In this document: piece after piece, positions 1 to 11,400 of the stretch | Layout of the letters: every line of letters begins with the position of its first letter | Numbering within the stretch: the stretch's first letter is position 1 | Source: Eggerthellaceae bacterium | Lineage (GTDB): Bacteria; Actinomycetota; Coriobacteriia; Coriobacteriales; Eggerthellaceae | Direction: 5' to 3' | Length of the DNA stretch: 64,000 nt | Assembly (NCBI GenBank): GCA_963643505.1 | Contig: CAVIKF010000008.1 | Span: 2,363-66,362 of the forward strand | Translations under genes and position numbers: made by a program | Notes under the pieces: model-generated | Seen by the model: the letters and a program-made list of their open reading frames with translations, nothing else | Database searches by the model: none | What the model was told of the DNA's origin: nothing

Positions 1-2229
1 ACTTCCCGTACCTTCGAGATAGAGGAGTACAACCCTTGGCCGACGGAGGGTCTTGAGGGATTTGTTGCCCGCCTCTATCGCGACATCCTTGATCGTCAAC
101 CTGAGGCGGCGGGTTACTACTTCCAACTTGCGGCGCTTCGCGCTGGCGCCTCGCCTGCGGAGATCGCGTACAACTATTTCAACTCTGAGGAGTATTTCGC
201 AAAGCATGAAACCCCGCAAAAGACTGTGGAGCGCGTCTACCAGGTTATGTTCGGCCGCGCTCCCGGGAACGGTGAGGAGGCAGGCTGGGTCGAGAAGATG
301 GAAGTCGGCATGTCCGTGCGCTACGTTTTGCAAGGTTTCAGCCAATCGCAAGAATACCGCAACTATTTCGGATCCCTCGGTTTGAGCGCTGACGCGATCG
401 AGTTGTACAACGCCAACGCTGACAAGGCGTGGGATACTGACGGGAACCTGGTCTATGCTGGCGGCAACGACCGCGACCGCAACGAAGGCGCGACCGCTTT
501 TGCAAAACGCATGTACACGATCGTCCTCGGCCGCTCGGATGTGGTGGGGGTTGACGGTGGCATCGATGTGGCCGGCCTCAACGTTCAAGCGGGGGCTATT
601 GTCAACGGCATGGCTTGCTGGCAAATCGCGACGAACTATTTTGACAGCGCCGAGTTCAAGAACAACAATTACGGCAACTACGACGCGGTCGCCATTGCCT
701 ATGAGGCGATCTTGGGCCGTGCGGGCTCCGATTCCGAGATCAGGGGATGGGTCGAGGAGAAGGAGGATAAGTGCTACTCAGTCGCCGACCTTGTGCTCCA
801 TTTCTGCAACTCTAACGAATTCAATGCCATCTGCGAGAGCTATGGCCTGACGAGCGGCATGCGCGGCGAGACCGCGCCGTCTTTGCCGGGCGCCAGCGAA
901 CACACGTGGTCCGGTTCGGTGTGCACGCACTGTGGCAAGGTCGTCCAAGTCGCCCATACCCATGCTTGGGGTGGCTACGCCTACAACAACGACGCGACCT
1001 GCGAGGGCGACGGCACCGAGACCCGCACCTGCGCGTGCGGCGAGTCCGAGACCCGAACCGCCTCCGGCACCGCGTTTGGGCACGACTACTCGAAGAGCTC
1101 CGTGTCAACGCCCGCGACGTGCACAACCGCAGGCGTCCGAACGTACGTGTGCTCCAACGACTCCTCGCACACCTACGTCGAGGCTGTTCCTGCGCTTGGG
1201 CACGACTACGTAAACGGTTTCTGCACGCGATGCGGCGTCCGTGCTCCCATAATTGCCTCCGAAGGTGGTCCCTTTGCCTCCATCGACGGTCTGACCTTCA
1301 CGAACGGCGTTGACTATCCGTGGACCGATGACGGCGACCGCATCGTCTCGAGCAACGTTGGAATCGCTAGCGCACCTTCCACGTTCACTTTGACAGCGAA
1401 CAGGGCTGGTACGCTCTCGTTTGGCTACGAGGTCTCTCCGGGAGTTTCCCAGGGCAGCCTCAACGTGAGCGTCAACGGTGTCGTGCGTGAGGGGTGGAAC
1501 TGCGCCGCGTCCGGCACGTACTCCGTCACTCTTGCGCAAGGCGATGTTGTCGAGATCTCCTATGAGAAGGAGTCTTGCAGCTGTCGTAACTGCGCATGGG
1601 TTGGGTCGGCCTCTTTCGACTCTGTAACCACCAGTCCGTTTGCCAACGCCACGGTGGGAGATGTCGTCTCGTTCGGCTCCTACGAGCAGGACGGCGATAC
1701 GACAAATGGCAGCGAGGCGATTAAGTGGCAGGTGTTGGCAATCGACGGCAACAAAGCACTCGTTACCACTTGCTACGCCATAGAGTGCCTGCCGTTTAAC
1801 GAGTCGGGCGGGGAGTGCGTGTGGGCCGACAGCAGCTTGAGGTCCTGGCTCAATAGCGACTTCCTCTCCTCTACCTTCTCCGTCGAGCAGCGGTCGTTGA
1901 TTCCGGTCTCGGAGCTTCAGAATGGAGCTAACCCTTGGCACGGGACGTCGAGTGGGGGCGCGACCTACGACAGGGTTTTCCTGTTGTCCTACAGCGAGTT
2001 CGCTTCGTACCTCGGTGATGGCTCGACTGGCAAATGCGCCTGCACCGCGTATGCTAGTGCCAAGGGCGCCTACGAGGCCAATGGCTCGACAACTTGGTAT
2101 CTCAGGACCGCCGGCAAGACACAGTCTAGCGCGATGATGATTGACGCATCCGGTTATGCCTATGCGACTGGTGTTGGCGTTGCGAGCACGAACAGGGCAG
2201 TTCGTCCAGCGATGTGGGTGAAGATGTAG
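1..2229 (+). CDS. Large secreted protein, 5' end outside window: DUF4214-type repeats + Cys-rich repeats + DUF6273-like C-terminal domain
   Basis: Frame 1 is open from nt 1 to TAG 2227-2229, so the ORF-track start (GTG 226) is internal. Nt 58-200 already encode a DUF4214-type unit (GFVARLYRDILDRQPEAAGYYFQL...NSEEYF). Further units: RVYQVMFGRAPGNGEEAGWVEKM...SQEYRNYF, FAKRMYTIVLGRS...SAEFKN, IAYEAILGRAGSDSEIRGWVEE...SNEFN. Cys-rich GHDY...ATCTT repeats follow, then IKWQVLAIDGNKALV...RSWLNSDF...WYLRTAG...VRPAMWV, which matches the DUF6273-type pattern as I remember it. Confidence 0.8.
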   Translation, partial: TSRTFEIEEYNPWPTEGLEGFVARLYRDILDRQPEAAGYYFQLAALRAGASPAEIAYNYFNSEEYFAKHETPQKTVERVYQVMFGRAPGNGEEAGWVEKMEVGMSVRYVLQGFSQSQEYRNYFGSLGLSADAIELYNANADKAWDTDGNLVYAGGNDRDRNEGATAFAKRMYTIVLGRSDVVGVDGGIDVAGLNVQAGAIVNGMACWQIATNYFDSAEFKNNNYGNYDAVAIAYEAILGRAGSDSEIRGWVEEKEDKCYSVADLVLHFCNSNEFNAICESYGLTSGMRGETAPSLPGASEHTWSGSVCTHCGKVVQVAHTHAWGGYAYNNDATCEGDGTETRTCACGESETRTASGTAFGHDYSKSSVSTPATCTTAGVRTYVCSNDSSHTYVEAVPALGHDYVNGFCTRCGVRAPIIASEGGPFASIDGLTFTNGVDYPWTDDGDRIVSSNVGIASAPSTFTLTANRAGTLSFGYEVSPGVSQGSLNVSVNGVVREGWNCAASGTYSVTLAQGDVVEISYEKESCSCRNCAWVGSASFDSVTTSPFANATVGDVVSFGSYEQDGDTTNGSEAIKWQVLAIDGNKALVTTCYAIECLPFNESGGECVWADSSLRSWLNSDFLSSTFSVEQRSLIPVSELQNGANPWHGTSSGGATYDRVFLLSYSEFASYLGDGSTGKCACTAYASAKGAYEANGSTTWYLRTAGKTQSSAMMIDASGYAYATGVGVASTNRAVRPAMWVKM

Positions 2230-2237
2230 CCGAAAAA

Positions 2238-2297
2238 CCTGACAGGTGCCTGGTGCCTGTCAGGTATTGTCATGTGACAGGTGTCAGGTGCCTGTCA
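2238..2297. repeat. Two adjacent copies of a palindromic GACAGG-N9/10-CCTGTC element (REP-like, possible terminator) just after the stop of the first gene
   Basis: CCTGACAGG (2238-2246) pairs with CCTGTCAGG (2256-2264). TGACAGG (2275-2281) pairs with CCTGTCA (2291-2297). The core GACAGGTGCCTGGTGCCTGTC is the near-exact reverse complement of the core at 18771-18797. It is flanked by CGAAAAA runs, with no clean T-tract. Confidence 0.7.
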
Positions 2298-2411
2298 GGT
2301 TCGAAAAAATCGAGAAGTCGTTTTCGACCATCGTTTGTCTTTTAAACTATACTGGGATTCCAATAATTTTATTAAAGAATAATGCGAATCTACGGGGTGG
2401 GGACGTTGACG

Positions 2412-5273
2412 ATGCTCAAACGATGGTTGTTGGTAGTGGTCACGCTTTTTGTGCTGGCCATCCCCTTGGGGGCATTCGGTGTCGAGTCGACCCTGCAGGG
2501 CGAACCTGCCTTACAAGGCGGTAGCACCCAGCAAGGAGCGCCTGCCCTGCAAGCAGAGTCAACCTTGCAAGCAGAGCCGACCCCGCAAGGAACCGCAACC
2601 CTACAAGAAAACGACCTCACGCCAAACACGTTCATCGCACTTGGTGAGCCAGGCGCTCCGTCGGGGACTCCTGACGACCCCTTCCTCATTTCGACCGAAG
2701 AGGACCTGGCCGCCTTCGCAACGAGCGTCAATGGCAAGCGTGTGACCAACGGTGTGTGGGAGGACGCGCAATCAGGTGCCCACGACTATGCGGGGCTCAC
2801 GGTACAACTTGCCCAAGACATCACGCTGACCTCGTCATTTACTCCTATCGGTATCGGTATGAACATATCCGGTTCTGTCGCGACCCCGATATGCTTTTCG
2901 GGCATCTTCGATGGCCAAGGCCACACCATCAGCGGACTGTATTTTACAAAAGCTTCGAACCCTCTGATCAATAGCAACTATCACGGGGCGCAATGGTTCA
3001 GCGCGCTGTTTGGAGCAGTGAAGGACGCGAACGTTATCAACCTGGTGGTCCAGTTGTCGCCTAAGGCCACGTTTAGCGTCAACACTCTCTCCTCTGAGGC
3101 AAGCGCCGGGTTGATAGCCCAAGTCGTAGGGGGCGATACAATTGTGACCTGTTGCGGCGTGGTAGGAGACCTTTCGGGCACCTCCTCCCACCTCGGCGGC
3201 ATAGTGGGCCGTGTCGAGGGCGGAACGTTGGACATGTCTTATTGCTACCACCAAGGCAAGCTTGTGACCGCATCTTCCGGTGGCGGCCTGGTGAATTGTT
3301 CATCCGCCACGGTGAAGTTGACCTCTTGCTACCAAGCGGGGCAGGTCTCGTCCACGAACACGAGCACCTACGCGTCTCGGTTCTTCGGCCAATTGGTGGG
3401 TACGGGCTCGGGCTATACGTTGGCGGGGTGTGTCGCGTCCTCAACCGATGACTTGGCAGGCGGAAACGCCAAAAACAAGCAGACAGGGTGTCTGTCCGGG
3501 ATCGAGGTTTGGAACACCACTGCAGTCCAAGGTGCGCTTGGCACCCAATACTTCGGGTACGGAGAGGCCCCGACCACCTTCCCTGAGCTTGTTGCCAAAG
3601 CGCAGCCGAGCTACGTCGTGTCCTTCTCGGTCGGAAGTGACGTGGCTGGGGCGAGACCGTCCTCCTTCAAGGCCGCACCAGGAACATCCATCACCATCCC
3701 TACCAGCACGCTGACGCGCAAGGGCTACGTCTTCTCCGGATGGCGGATCAGCGGGGCGCCGGGGGAGACGGGCTCGTCGGGAGAGGCGCCCGCGCCGGGG
3801 GAGACGGACGCGACGTTGTACAACGCCGGCGACACTCTTTCCATGCCGCGCGGCAATCTTAGCTTTGAGGCGGCGTGGACCCTTGTTGAGGCGGTGGAGA
3901 TCTCCACGGAGGCCGAGCTTCGCACCTTTGCCGAGGGAGTCAACGCAGACACGATAAAGACCGACAACCTGCGCTACGTCTTGACGTGCGATATCCAACT
4001 TACGAGTCCTTGGACGCCCATCGGCAACGACAAACACCCATTCGAGGGGATCTTCGATGGCCAAGGTCATGTCGTTAGCGGCATGCAGGTCACCAACGAC
4101 TCCCTGTCCTCAAGCGACTCCTCTACCGCAAGCACCTATGCCGGATTCTTCGGTTACGTGAGCGGTGCCGATATCACAAGCCTCGGCGTCGAGGGGACCA
4201 TCGACGCGGATTCGGCCACGTGCACAGGCGGGCTCGTCGGTTCCACGACAGGGAGCGCTGCAACGTCAAACAAGCCCGAGGACATGACACACGTGAGCGC
4301 ATGCTACGCGAACGTGACAATAAACGCTGGCGGCTTTGCGGCGGGTTTAGCGGGCCGCTCGACACGCACGAGCTTTGAGGATTGCTATGCCGCCGGATCG
4401 GTCCGCCTTGTCTCGGGCGGCAAGGCGGTAGGCGGCTTGGTGGGATACTACCAATCCGCGTCTTTTTCAGACACGTCCGCCCCGGCAATCCAGCGCTGCT
4501 TCAGCGTCTCGACGGTTGCGTCAGCCGAGGAGGGAGCGTGTGCGGGCAACCTCTTTGGCAAGGTCAGCGAGTACTACGCGAAATGCGACAAGGCCGCATC
4601 GTGGTCGCGCGCGATGGAGGTATACGCCCTTGCGAGCGACCTTTGCGCCTACTACACCGAAAGCAATAACGGGGATACTTCCAAACTCGCAACCGAGTTT
4701 GAGCCCTTGTACGAAAAGTCATCCGCGGACATGAAGGCCGATACCTTCCTTCAAGCCATGGGCTCCGCGTTTGTGGCGGACAGCTCCGACGAGAAGCTCC
4801 AAAAAAACAACGGGTTCCCGATCTTGGCATGGCAACAGGTCTTGGTGGCCCCGATCTCGATCTCAACGACGCCCTTTGCGACCGCGGGGGGCGAGGCGCT
4901 CTACCTGGTCACCTACACAGGTGATGTCGCAGAGGGCAAGATGCCGACCATCAAAGGCGAGGCGTGCTATTGGAACGGGAGTGCATACGTCACGTTGATG
5001 ACGCGCTCCGAGGCGGGTGCCTTGGTGTATGCGGATGTTGCACAGGTTGAGGGTTCGGCGCCCCAAGCGACGTCCTCTGACGTGAATGGGGACGGGAGCT
5101 TGTCCATCATCGACGCCCAAATCGCCTATGACCTGGGCGCGGGACGCTACAACGGATTCGACAAGCTCGATTGCGGCGCCTGGCTCCGTGCCGATGCGAA
5201 TGGGGACGGGGTCCTCGATGCGGCGGACGCTTGGGCGATTCAGCATGCGATACATGAGGGCTTTGATGTTTAA
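2412..5273 (+). CDS. Secreted GLUG-like beta-helix protein with Listeria-Bacteroides-type repeat and C-terminal dockerin-like module (953 aa)
   Basis: The ORF spans 2382-5273. I prefer ATG 2412: GGGGTGGGGA lies 9 nt upstream and the start gives the signal peptide MLKRWLLVVVTLFVLAIPLGAFG. Q/P/T-rich degenerate repeats (STLQGEPALQG...) follow. Two entry modules (ISTEEDLAAFATSVNG...FTPIG...FSGIFDGQGHTISGLY and ISTEAELRTFAEGVN...WTPIGNDKHPFEGIFDGQGHVVSGM) are each followed by GG(I/L)VG turns. One Flg_new-like repeat is present (YVVSF...KGYVFSGWRISG...FEAAWT). Confidence 0.85.
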   Translation: MLKRWLLVVVTLFVLAIPLGAFGVESTLQGEPALQGGSTQQGAPALQAESTLQAEPTPQGTATLQENDLTPNTFIALGEPGAPSGTPDDPFLISTEEDLAAFATSVNGKRVTNGVWEDAQSGAHDYAGLTVQLAQDITLTSSFTPIGIGMNISGSVATPICFSGIFDGQGHTISGLYFTKASNPLINSNYHGAQWFSALFGAVKDANVINLVVQLSPKATFSVNTLSSEASAGLIAQVVGGDTIVTCCGVVGDLSGTSSHLGGIVGRVEGGTLDMSYCYHQGKLVTASSGGGLVNCSSATVKLTSCYQAGQVSSTNTSTYASRFFGQLVGTGSGYTLAGCVASSTDDLAGGNAKNKQTGCLSGIEVWNTTAVQGALGTQYFGYGEAPTTFPELVAKAQPSYVVSFSVGSDVAGARPSSFKAAPGTSITIPTSTLTRKGYVFSGWRISGAPGETGSSGEAPAPGETDATLYNAGDTLSMPRGNLSFEAAWTLVEAVEISTEAELRTFAEGVNADTIKTDNLRYVLTCDIQLTSPWTPIGNDKHPFEGIFDGQGHVVSGMQVTNDSLSSSDSSTASTYAGFFGYVSGADITSLGVEGTIDADSATCTGGLVGSTTGSAATSNKPEDMTHVSACYANVTINAGGFAAGLAGRSTRTSFEDCYAAGSVRLVSGGKAVGGLVGYYQSASFSDTSAPAIQRCFSVSTVASAEEGACAGNLFGKVSEYYAKCDKAASWSRAMEVYALASDLCAYYTESNNGDTSKLATEFEPLYEKSSADMKADTFLQAMGSAFVADSSDEKLQKNNGFPILAWQQVLVAPISISTTPFATAGGEALYLVTYTGDVAEGKMPTIKGEACYWNGSAYVTLMTRSEAGALVYADVAQVEGSAPQATSSDVNGDGSLSIIDAQIAYDLGAGRYNGFDKLDCGAWLRADANGDGVLDAADAWAIQHAIHEGFDV
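5079..5270 (+). other. Dockerin-like C-terminal module (two DxNxDGxxxxxD loop-helix segments)
   Basis: The two segments are DVNGDGSLSIIDAQIAYDLGAG and, ~40 aa later, DANGDGVLDAADAWAIQHAIHEG. This matches the duplicated Ca-binding loop plus helix signature of type-I dockerins. Confidence 0.65.
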
Positions 5274-5274
5274 G

Positions 5275-5404
5275 CGGTGGATTGACCATAAAAGCTGCGG
5301 GCTAGCCGAGCGACGGGCTAGCCATGAAAACGGTGGGTTGACCAAGAAAGCGGCGGGCTAGCCATGAAAACGGTGGGTTGACCAAGAAAGCGGCGGGCTA
5401 GCCA
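5275..5404. repeat. 40-nt tandem direct repeat (about 3.2 copies) in the leader of the 3113-aa gene
   Basis: GGGCTAGCCATGAAAACGGTGGGTTGACCAAGAAAGCGGC occurs at 5315-5354 and identically at 5355-5394. A partial third copy lies at 5395-5404, and a degenerate copy upstream reads GGTGGATTGACCATAAAAGCTGCGGGCTAGCC (5275-5307). Confidence 0.9.
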
Positions 5405-5497
5405 CAAGATCCAACATGCAAGACACGGGGCTTCGGCACCCGAGCTGCGGCTAACCGAGCTGTGGCCTAGCCGCAAGAGAAAGAGAGAAGGGAAAAC

Positions 5498-8400
5498 ATG
5501 AGGAAGATTACGCACCCGAAAGGTGTTGCGGCGGCGCTGTGTGCAGCGGTTTTGTGCATCGGGGTCGGCCTAGGAGTGGCGTCTATTCAAGGGGTACCCG
5601 TTGGCAACGGCTCGGACGACCTTCTTGTCAAGAAGGACACCTCCGCCGCGACGTATCCGCTTGCAGAAAACTACGCGCCGGAATCAGAGGCAAAATTTGC
5701 CCAGGTCATGCACATCGACAACGGTTCTGGCGAGGTCCTTACCTTGGCCGATTTGCCTTCGGGAAGCTACTCGGGCTTCCTTTTTTCCCTCGCTGATACG
5801 GCACAAGGTGCTGGCGAGGTCGCCTCGGTTGCCGAGGAGGCGGCCAAGGAGGGCCTCATCACGCAAGTGCACGGCTCCCTTTATGAGGTGACCTCTCTCG
5901 ATACCTTGGCAGGCCTGTTCTCAGCCGACCAATTGGAATATGTCGAGCCTGACACCAGGGTCTATCTTGTCGGTGACATCGATGACGACGCCCGCGCCAC
6001 AGAGGCGCTCACGACCCGGGGCGGAACCAGCAACAATCCCGCCCCGGCCTACCCGCCAAGCGACCCGTATTATCTGTCGGGAAATCTTTGGAACCTCGAC
6101 ATGCTCAACGTGGAGGGCGCGTGGGCCCAAGGCCTTGATGGCGATCCTTATGTCCACAACAACACGCCGGTGCGCGACACGAAGGTGCGCGTGGCGGTTA
6201 TCGACACAGGTTTGTACGGAACTGGTACCTCCGAGAACAAGCACGAGGATATTGACTATACCCATGTGGTCGACGGGAAAAACTTCGTCACGAGCGACGA
6301 GGGTGAGCCCGACGTCAAGGGACATGGCACTTTTGTCTCTGGCCTTATCGCGGCAAAGGTGAACAACAGCGTCGGCGTGGCGGGTCTAATGCCTGGTGTC
6401 GACATCGTGCCTTGCAAGGTGTTTGACTCCACCACGGCATCAACCTCCGACGTCGTCGATGCGATCTATTACGCTGTGGATGACGCGCATGTGGACGTCA
6501 TCAACATGAGCCTTGGCGGCGAGTACAACGAGACATCGCTCCAACGTGCGTGCGACTATGCCGTTGAGCAGGGCGTTCTCGTCGTGGCTTCAGCCGGCAA
6601 CGACGGCGTTTCCACCCCGAACTATCCTGCGGCATACGACTCCGTCGTCGGCGTCGCGTCCGTCGATTCCTCCCAAGAGCGTTCCACCTGGTCCCAATAC
6701 GGCAAGAGCGTCTTTGTCACCGGCCCGGGAGAGAAAGTCACGAGCACGTACAACGAGTCCGAGACTTCGTACAAGACGGCAAGCGGAACCTCGTTCTCCA
6801 GCCCTGAGGTTGCCGCCCTCGCGGCGATGTGCAGGTCGGTCTATCCGGACATGTCCCAGGATGTGTTCAAGGAGTTCCTCATCGAGACTTCGACCGATCT
6901 CGGCACGAAGGGTTTCGACGACTATTACGGATACGGATTGGTCAACTTCGAGGCTATGGCCCAAGCCGTCTTGGCAAGCCAGACCCTTCCTTGGTACTCC
7001 CTGTCCTTTAACGTGACCGATACCGCGGGCACGTCCATCCAAGGGGCGACCGTGGTCCTCAAGGCAGCCGAGGACATCACGTGGGCCGACGATCCCGATG
7101 AGGGCATCGAGGAGGGAAGCCTCGCCATCGGGGACGTCGTGGAGGCGCAACAAGACGGTACGTTCAAGGTCCATCGCGGCGTCTACTCGTACGAGGTCTC
7201 AGCAAACGGATATTACCTGGGCACGGGCACCCTCAAGACTTACTCTGCCGAGCAAACGGTGGACGTCTCCTTGGAGGAGGCATATGAGGTCGTCATGAAC
7301 GTCAAGAACAGCGCGGGGGACTATCTATCCGGTATCCACCTTGCGGTGTCGTCCTCCACTGGACGTATGGAGACCCCCAAGACAAACGGCGACGGCTCCT
7401 TTGTCTACAACCTCATGAGCGGCGTGTACTCCTTTGAGGCGTCTGCTCCCGTGACCTACGAGAAGGTGAGCGGCCAATTCACGGTCCAACGCGAAAACAA
7501 GCAACTTACCATCACCCTCAACACCGCCGCCGAATTGGCAACCGTCTCTCTTAGCGCCCATGACGCCGAGGAAGAAACGACGCTTACCCAGGTCTCGACG
7601 GCGCTCTACGATGCCCAAGGGATGCTTGTCTCCGCGCGGGAGGACGGGACGTATCGTCTTGCCCGTGGCAAGGAATACAAGGCGATCCTTACCCGTTTGG
7701 GCTATGAGGATGCAATTTCCACCTTCACGGTCGAAGACGCCGAGACCATGTTGCTTGACGTGGCCATGACCGCAGCTGAGTGCTCGATCTCCTTCCGTCC
7801 CGTCACCGAGGACAGCGTTGCGGTCAATGACGCAACGATCGTGGTGAGAGATGCTTCGGGCAAGGTCAAGAGCCCTTCTGCCACCGATCCCCTCCGCTAC
7901 AACCTCAAAGCGGGCACCTACTCCTATACGCTTTCTGCCCCCGGCTATGAGGATGTCGTTGCAAACTTCAGCGTTTCCATCGAGTCGCGTACCCTGACCG
8001 TCGTCATGTCCGGCATCCCCCAAACCGTCTCCTTCTCCATCACGGACGCCAAGACCGGGCAGGCCTTGGAAGGCGCTTCCGTGAAGGTTATGAGCGCGAC
8101 AAACGACGGGGCCATTCGCGCCAACTCGGACGGGACCTATTCGTTAGCTCCTGGAGAGTATCGGTATGGCGCCTATTGCCTGAACTACCAAAGCAAGCGC
8201 GGCTCCTTCATCGTGCATGGCGACACGCTCTCCATCGACATCTCCCTTGATCCCTACTCGGGCTCCACCGAAGGCTTCGCCGGCGGCTCGGGTACGGTTG
8301 ACGACCCCTACCTTATTGCGACGGAGGATCAGCTCCGCTATCTTGCGAACCAGACCGATATCGTGCGCGCGGGACGTACCGATGCCGATACGAACCAAAA

Positions 8401-11400
8401 GCGCAGCGTGGAAGGTTACTACCAACTCGTTGCAGACATCGTGCTTACCGACGCGTGGTTGCCGATCGGAAACTACGAGAACAGCAACAACTACGTCGCC
8501 TTCTCCGGGACCTTCGACGGCGCGGGCCACACCATTTCCGGCTTGAGCACGATCGAGTCCGACTATGACGCCCAAGGCCTGTTCGGCGTGGTGCAAAACG
8601 CCACCATCACAAACCTCACCGTCGAGGGAAACGTGACAGGAGACAGCTATGTTGGAGGCATCGTCGGGTACGTTCGCTTCCTTTACGATTCCGAGGGCTC
8701 CGATTGGAACACGGGCGCGACCCGCATCTCCAATTGCTGCAACCGCGCATCGGTAACAGGGCGTTATGCGGTTGGAGGCATCGCCGGATCGACCTCTGGC
8801 TCCACCTCGTCCAACGAGGATTATGGAACCCTTGTCAGCCAGTGCTGCAACTACGGGGTGATCCATGCCCAACGCAATGGCGACTTTGACAGGCACAGCT
8901 CGGCCGCGGGCGGCGTCGTCGGCTCCGCAGGCAATTGCAAGGTGGAATACAGTTACAACCGCGCAACCGTGGAGGCGGGATATGTCGCAGGCGGCGTAGT
9001 CGGACAATCCCTCGGCCTTGCGGCGGTCTACAACTGCTATAACACCGGGTATGTATATGACCACGTGACGGCTGCGGGGTATGAGGGCAACTCTGGCAGC
9101 ATCGCCGGTCGGCTCGTGAAGTCGGCGCTGTCTGATTGCTACGGTCTTATCCCTGCCGACGAAAACGCGATCTATGCCCCGATCGGTGCCACTGACACGA
9201 GCACCACTGTCGCGAACTACAAAATGCTCGATCGTGCAAGCATGTGGCGCTCCGACGACTTTGTGGCAATGTTGAACCTTGATGCCGTGACAGACACGAT
9301 GACCACCTCATTTGTAGCAGGCGGAAGCTACCCGTTGCTCAAATGGGAGGTGTCCCCAGACGCCATCTTGGCCGAGGATCCCTATATCACGCAAGACCCC
9401 ATCTCGCCTGCGACCTCCTATAAGCAAGATGCTGAAGCCGCAGAGCTCACCGCAGACGTCGATCCGGTAGCGGATGGAGGCGTTTTGTCCTGGCAATGGT
9501 TCGAGTCTGACGGCGAGTCGGGAAGCGAGTGTGTGCCCATCGCGGAGGCGGCGGGTACGGGAACCCATGCTACCTACACGCCTTCAACTGCGACAGCCGG
9601 TACGCGTCACTACTTCGTCGTCTTCAAAAACACCCGTACTGCCGACGACGGACGCGCAGGGTCTGCGACGGCGAAGACCGCCTCTGCTACCGTGATCGTC
9701 CGTTCCGTCATTGACGCACAAGAGCCCAAGGTGACGGCATACAACCCGTCAGCGGCCCAACAATTCAATACGGCGCTCTCGACGAAGATCACCACCGATC
9801 TCATGTTGTCGGTGGAAGCCTCTACAGGAGACGGGGGCACTTTGAGCTACCAATGGTACAAGGGCTCTTCGATGGTCGGCTCCGGCACGCCTATCGAGGG
9901 CGCCACGGACGCGACATACTATCCTGATACCTCCGCCCTTGGCACGCTGTATTACTTCGTCGAGGTCACGAACACCTACGAGCCGGGTAATGTGGCCTCC
10001 GTCAAGACCGATTGGGCAAGCGTCACGATCACCGAGTACACCATCAGCTCTTACGAGGAGCTTATGAGCTTCCGCACGGCAGTCGATTCTGGTGTTACTT
10101 TCGAGGGTCTCGTCGTGACTCTTACCTGCGACTTGGATGTCTCTCGGGCCGACTGGGAGCCAATCGGTTCTGTCGAGCACCCCTTCAAGGGCACGTTTAT
10201 GGGAGGCGTGGGCTATTCGGGCTCCACCGAGATCACGACCCATACCATCAGCGGCATCCACATTGACGGCGCCGCTATAGGTGCTGCTCGTGGGTCTGAG
10301 GTCGAAGGCGCTGACTCTCTTGGTTTCTTTGGCGTCACTGAGGCCGCGACCATTTGCGACCTTGTGGTAGAGGGCTCGATCACGGGCAAGGCCAACCGCT
10401 ATGCGGGTCTGATTGTCGGTTATGCGCTCGCAAACGGCTCATCCGCGACTGTACTTGAGAATTGTGCGACCCAGGCAAGCTCAAGCGTGGAGGGCAAGTA
10501 TTGCATAGGCGGCCTGGTAGGTTATGGATGCGTGTCGATCAAGGACAGCGCAAACCATGGTTCCGTCACGGCGTGGGGCTTCGTTCCCACAAAGGCCGAC
10601 AACTCCTTGGATACCTACTCCTATACCACCAAGGCGGTTGGCGGTGTGGTCGGCTATGCCGCCGCGGGCTCCGTGAGAGGTTGCTACAACACCGGCGACG
10701 TGACGGCGAAATCCATCGACACGACGGCAGGCGAGAAGAGCGTGTACTACGTCGGCGGCGTCGTAGGCTACGGATCCACCACCGCCAGCGTGCTCTCCTG
10801 CTTCGACACGGGCAAGGTGACGGTCGGTACTTGGGCGACGCGCAGTATCACGTTCAAACCTGCAGGTGTTTGCTATGCGGGAGCCGTCGTCGGCTACCAG
10901 GCCTACGACTACTTGTACAACATCCACTATCTTGATGGCGCGGCCGGAGAGGGCGGCGTGGGCACCAACAGCTCCGCTGGCTACGATTATGCCGAGAACC
11001 ATACCCTCGCGTTCATGAAGACCGCGTACTTCTTGGGTCAGATGCAAGACGGCTATGGCTATGGCGCCGCATTCCGCCAATCGACAAACGGCACTCCGCA
11101 CTTGGTGTGGGAGACCGATAAGACCACGGGAAGCAACCTGGCCGACGCGGCAGAGCCGTATCTGTATGACGTCACCATTGACGGTGTGGACGACATCACG
11201 AGCACCTGGTCCACCTACTTCTACCAAGGGGAAAATGCACCGGATGTGGTTGTTTGGGCTGACCAGGTCCAACCTGAGGGCGGCCACTTGACCTATGAGT
11301 GGCAAAGCCGCCCGGTCGGGGGCACCGATGATGATTGGACTGTCGTGGAGGGAGCGTCTGGGGCCTGTGCGGCAACAGGTGACCACTACACCGCCTCACT

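Noticed and set aside
5275-5404. Possible CRISPR array, because of the regularly spaced identical 40-mers.
   Set aside because: The units are directly abutting with no unique spacers, there are only about three of them, and no cas genes are present. It is a plain tandem repeat.
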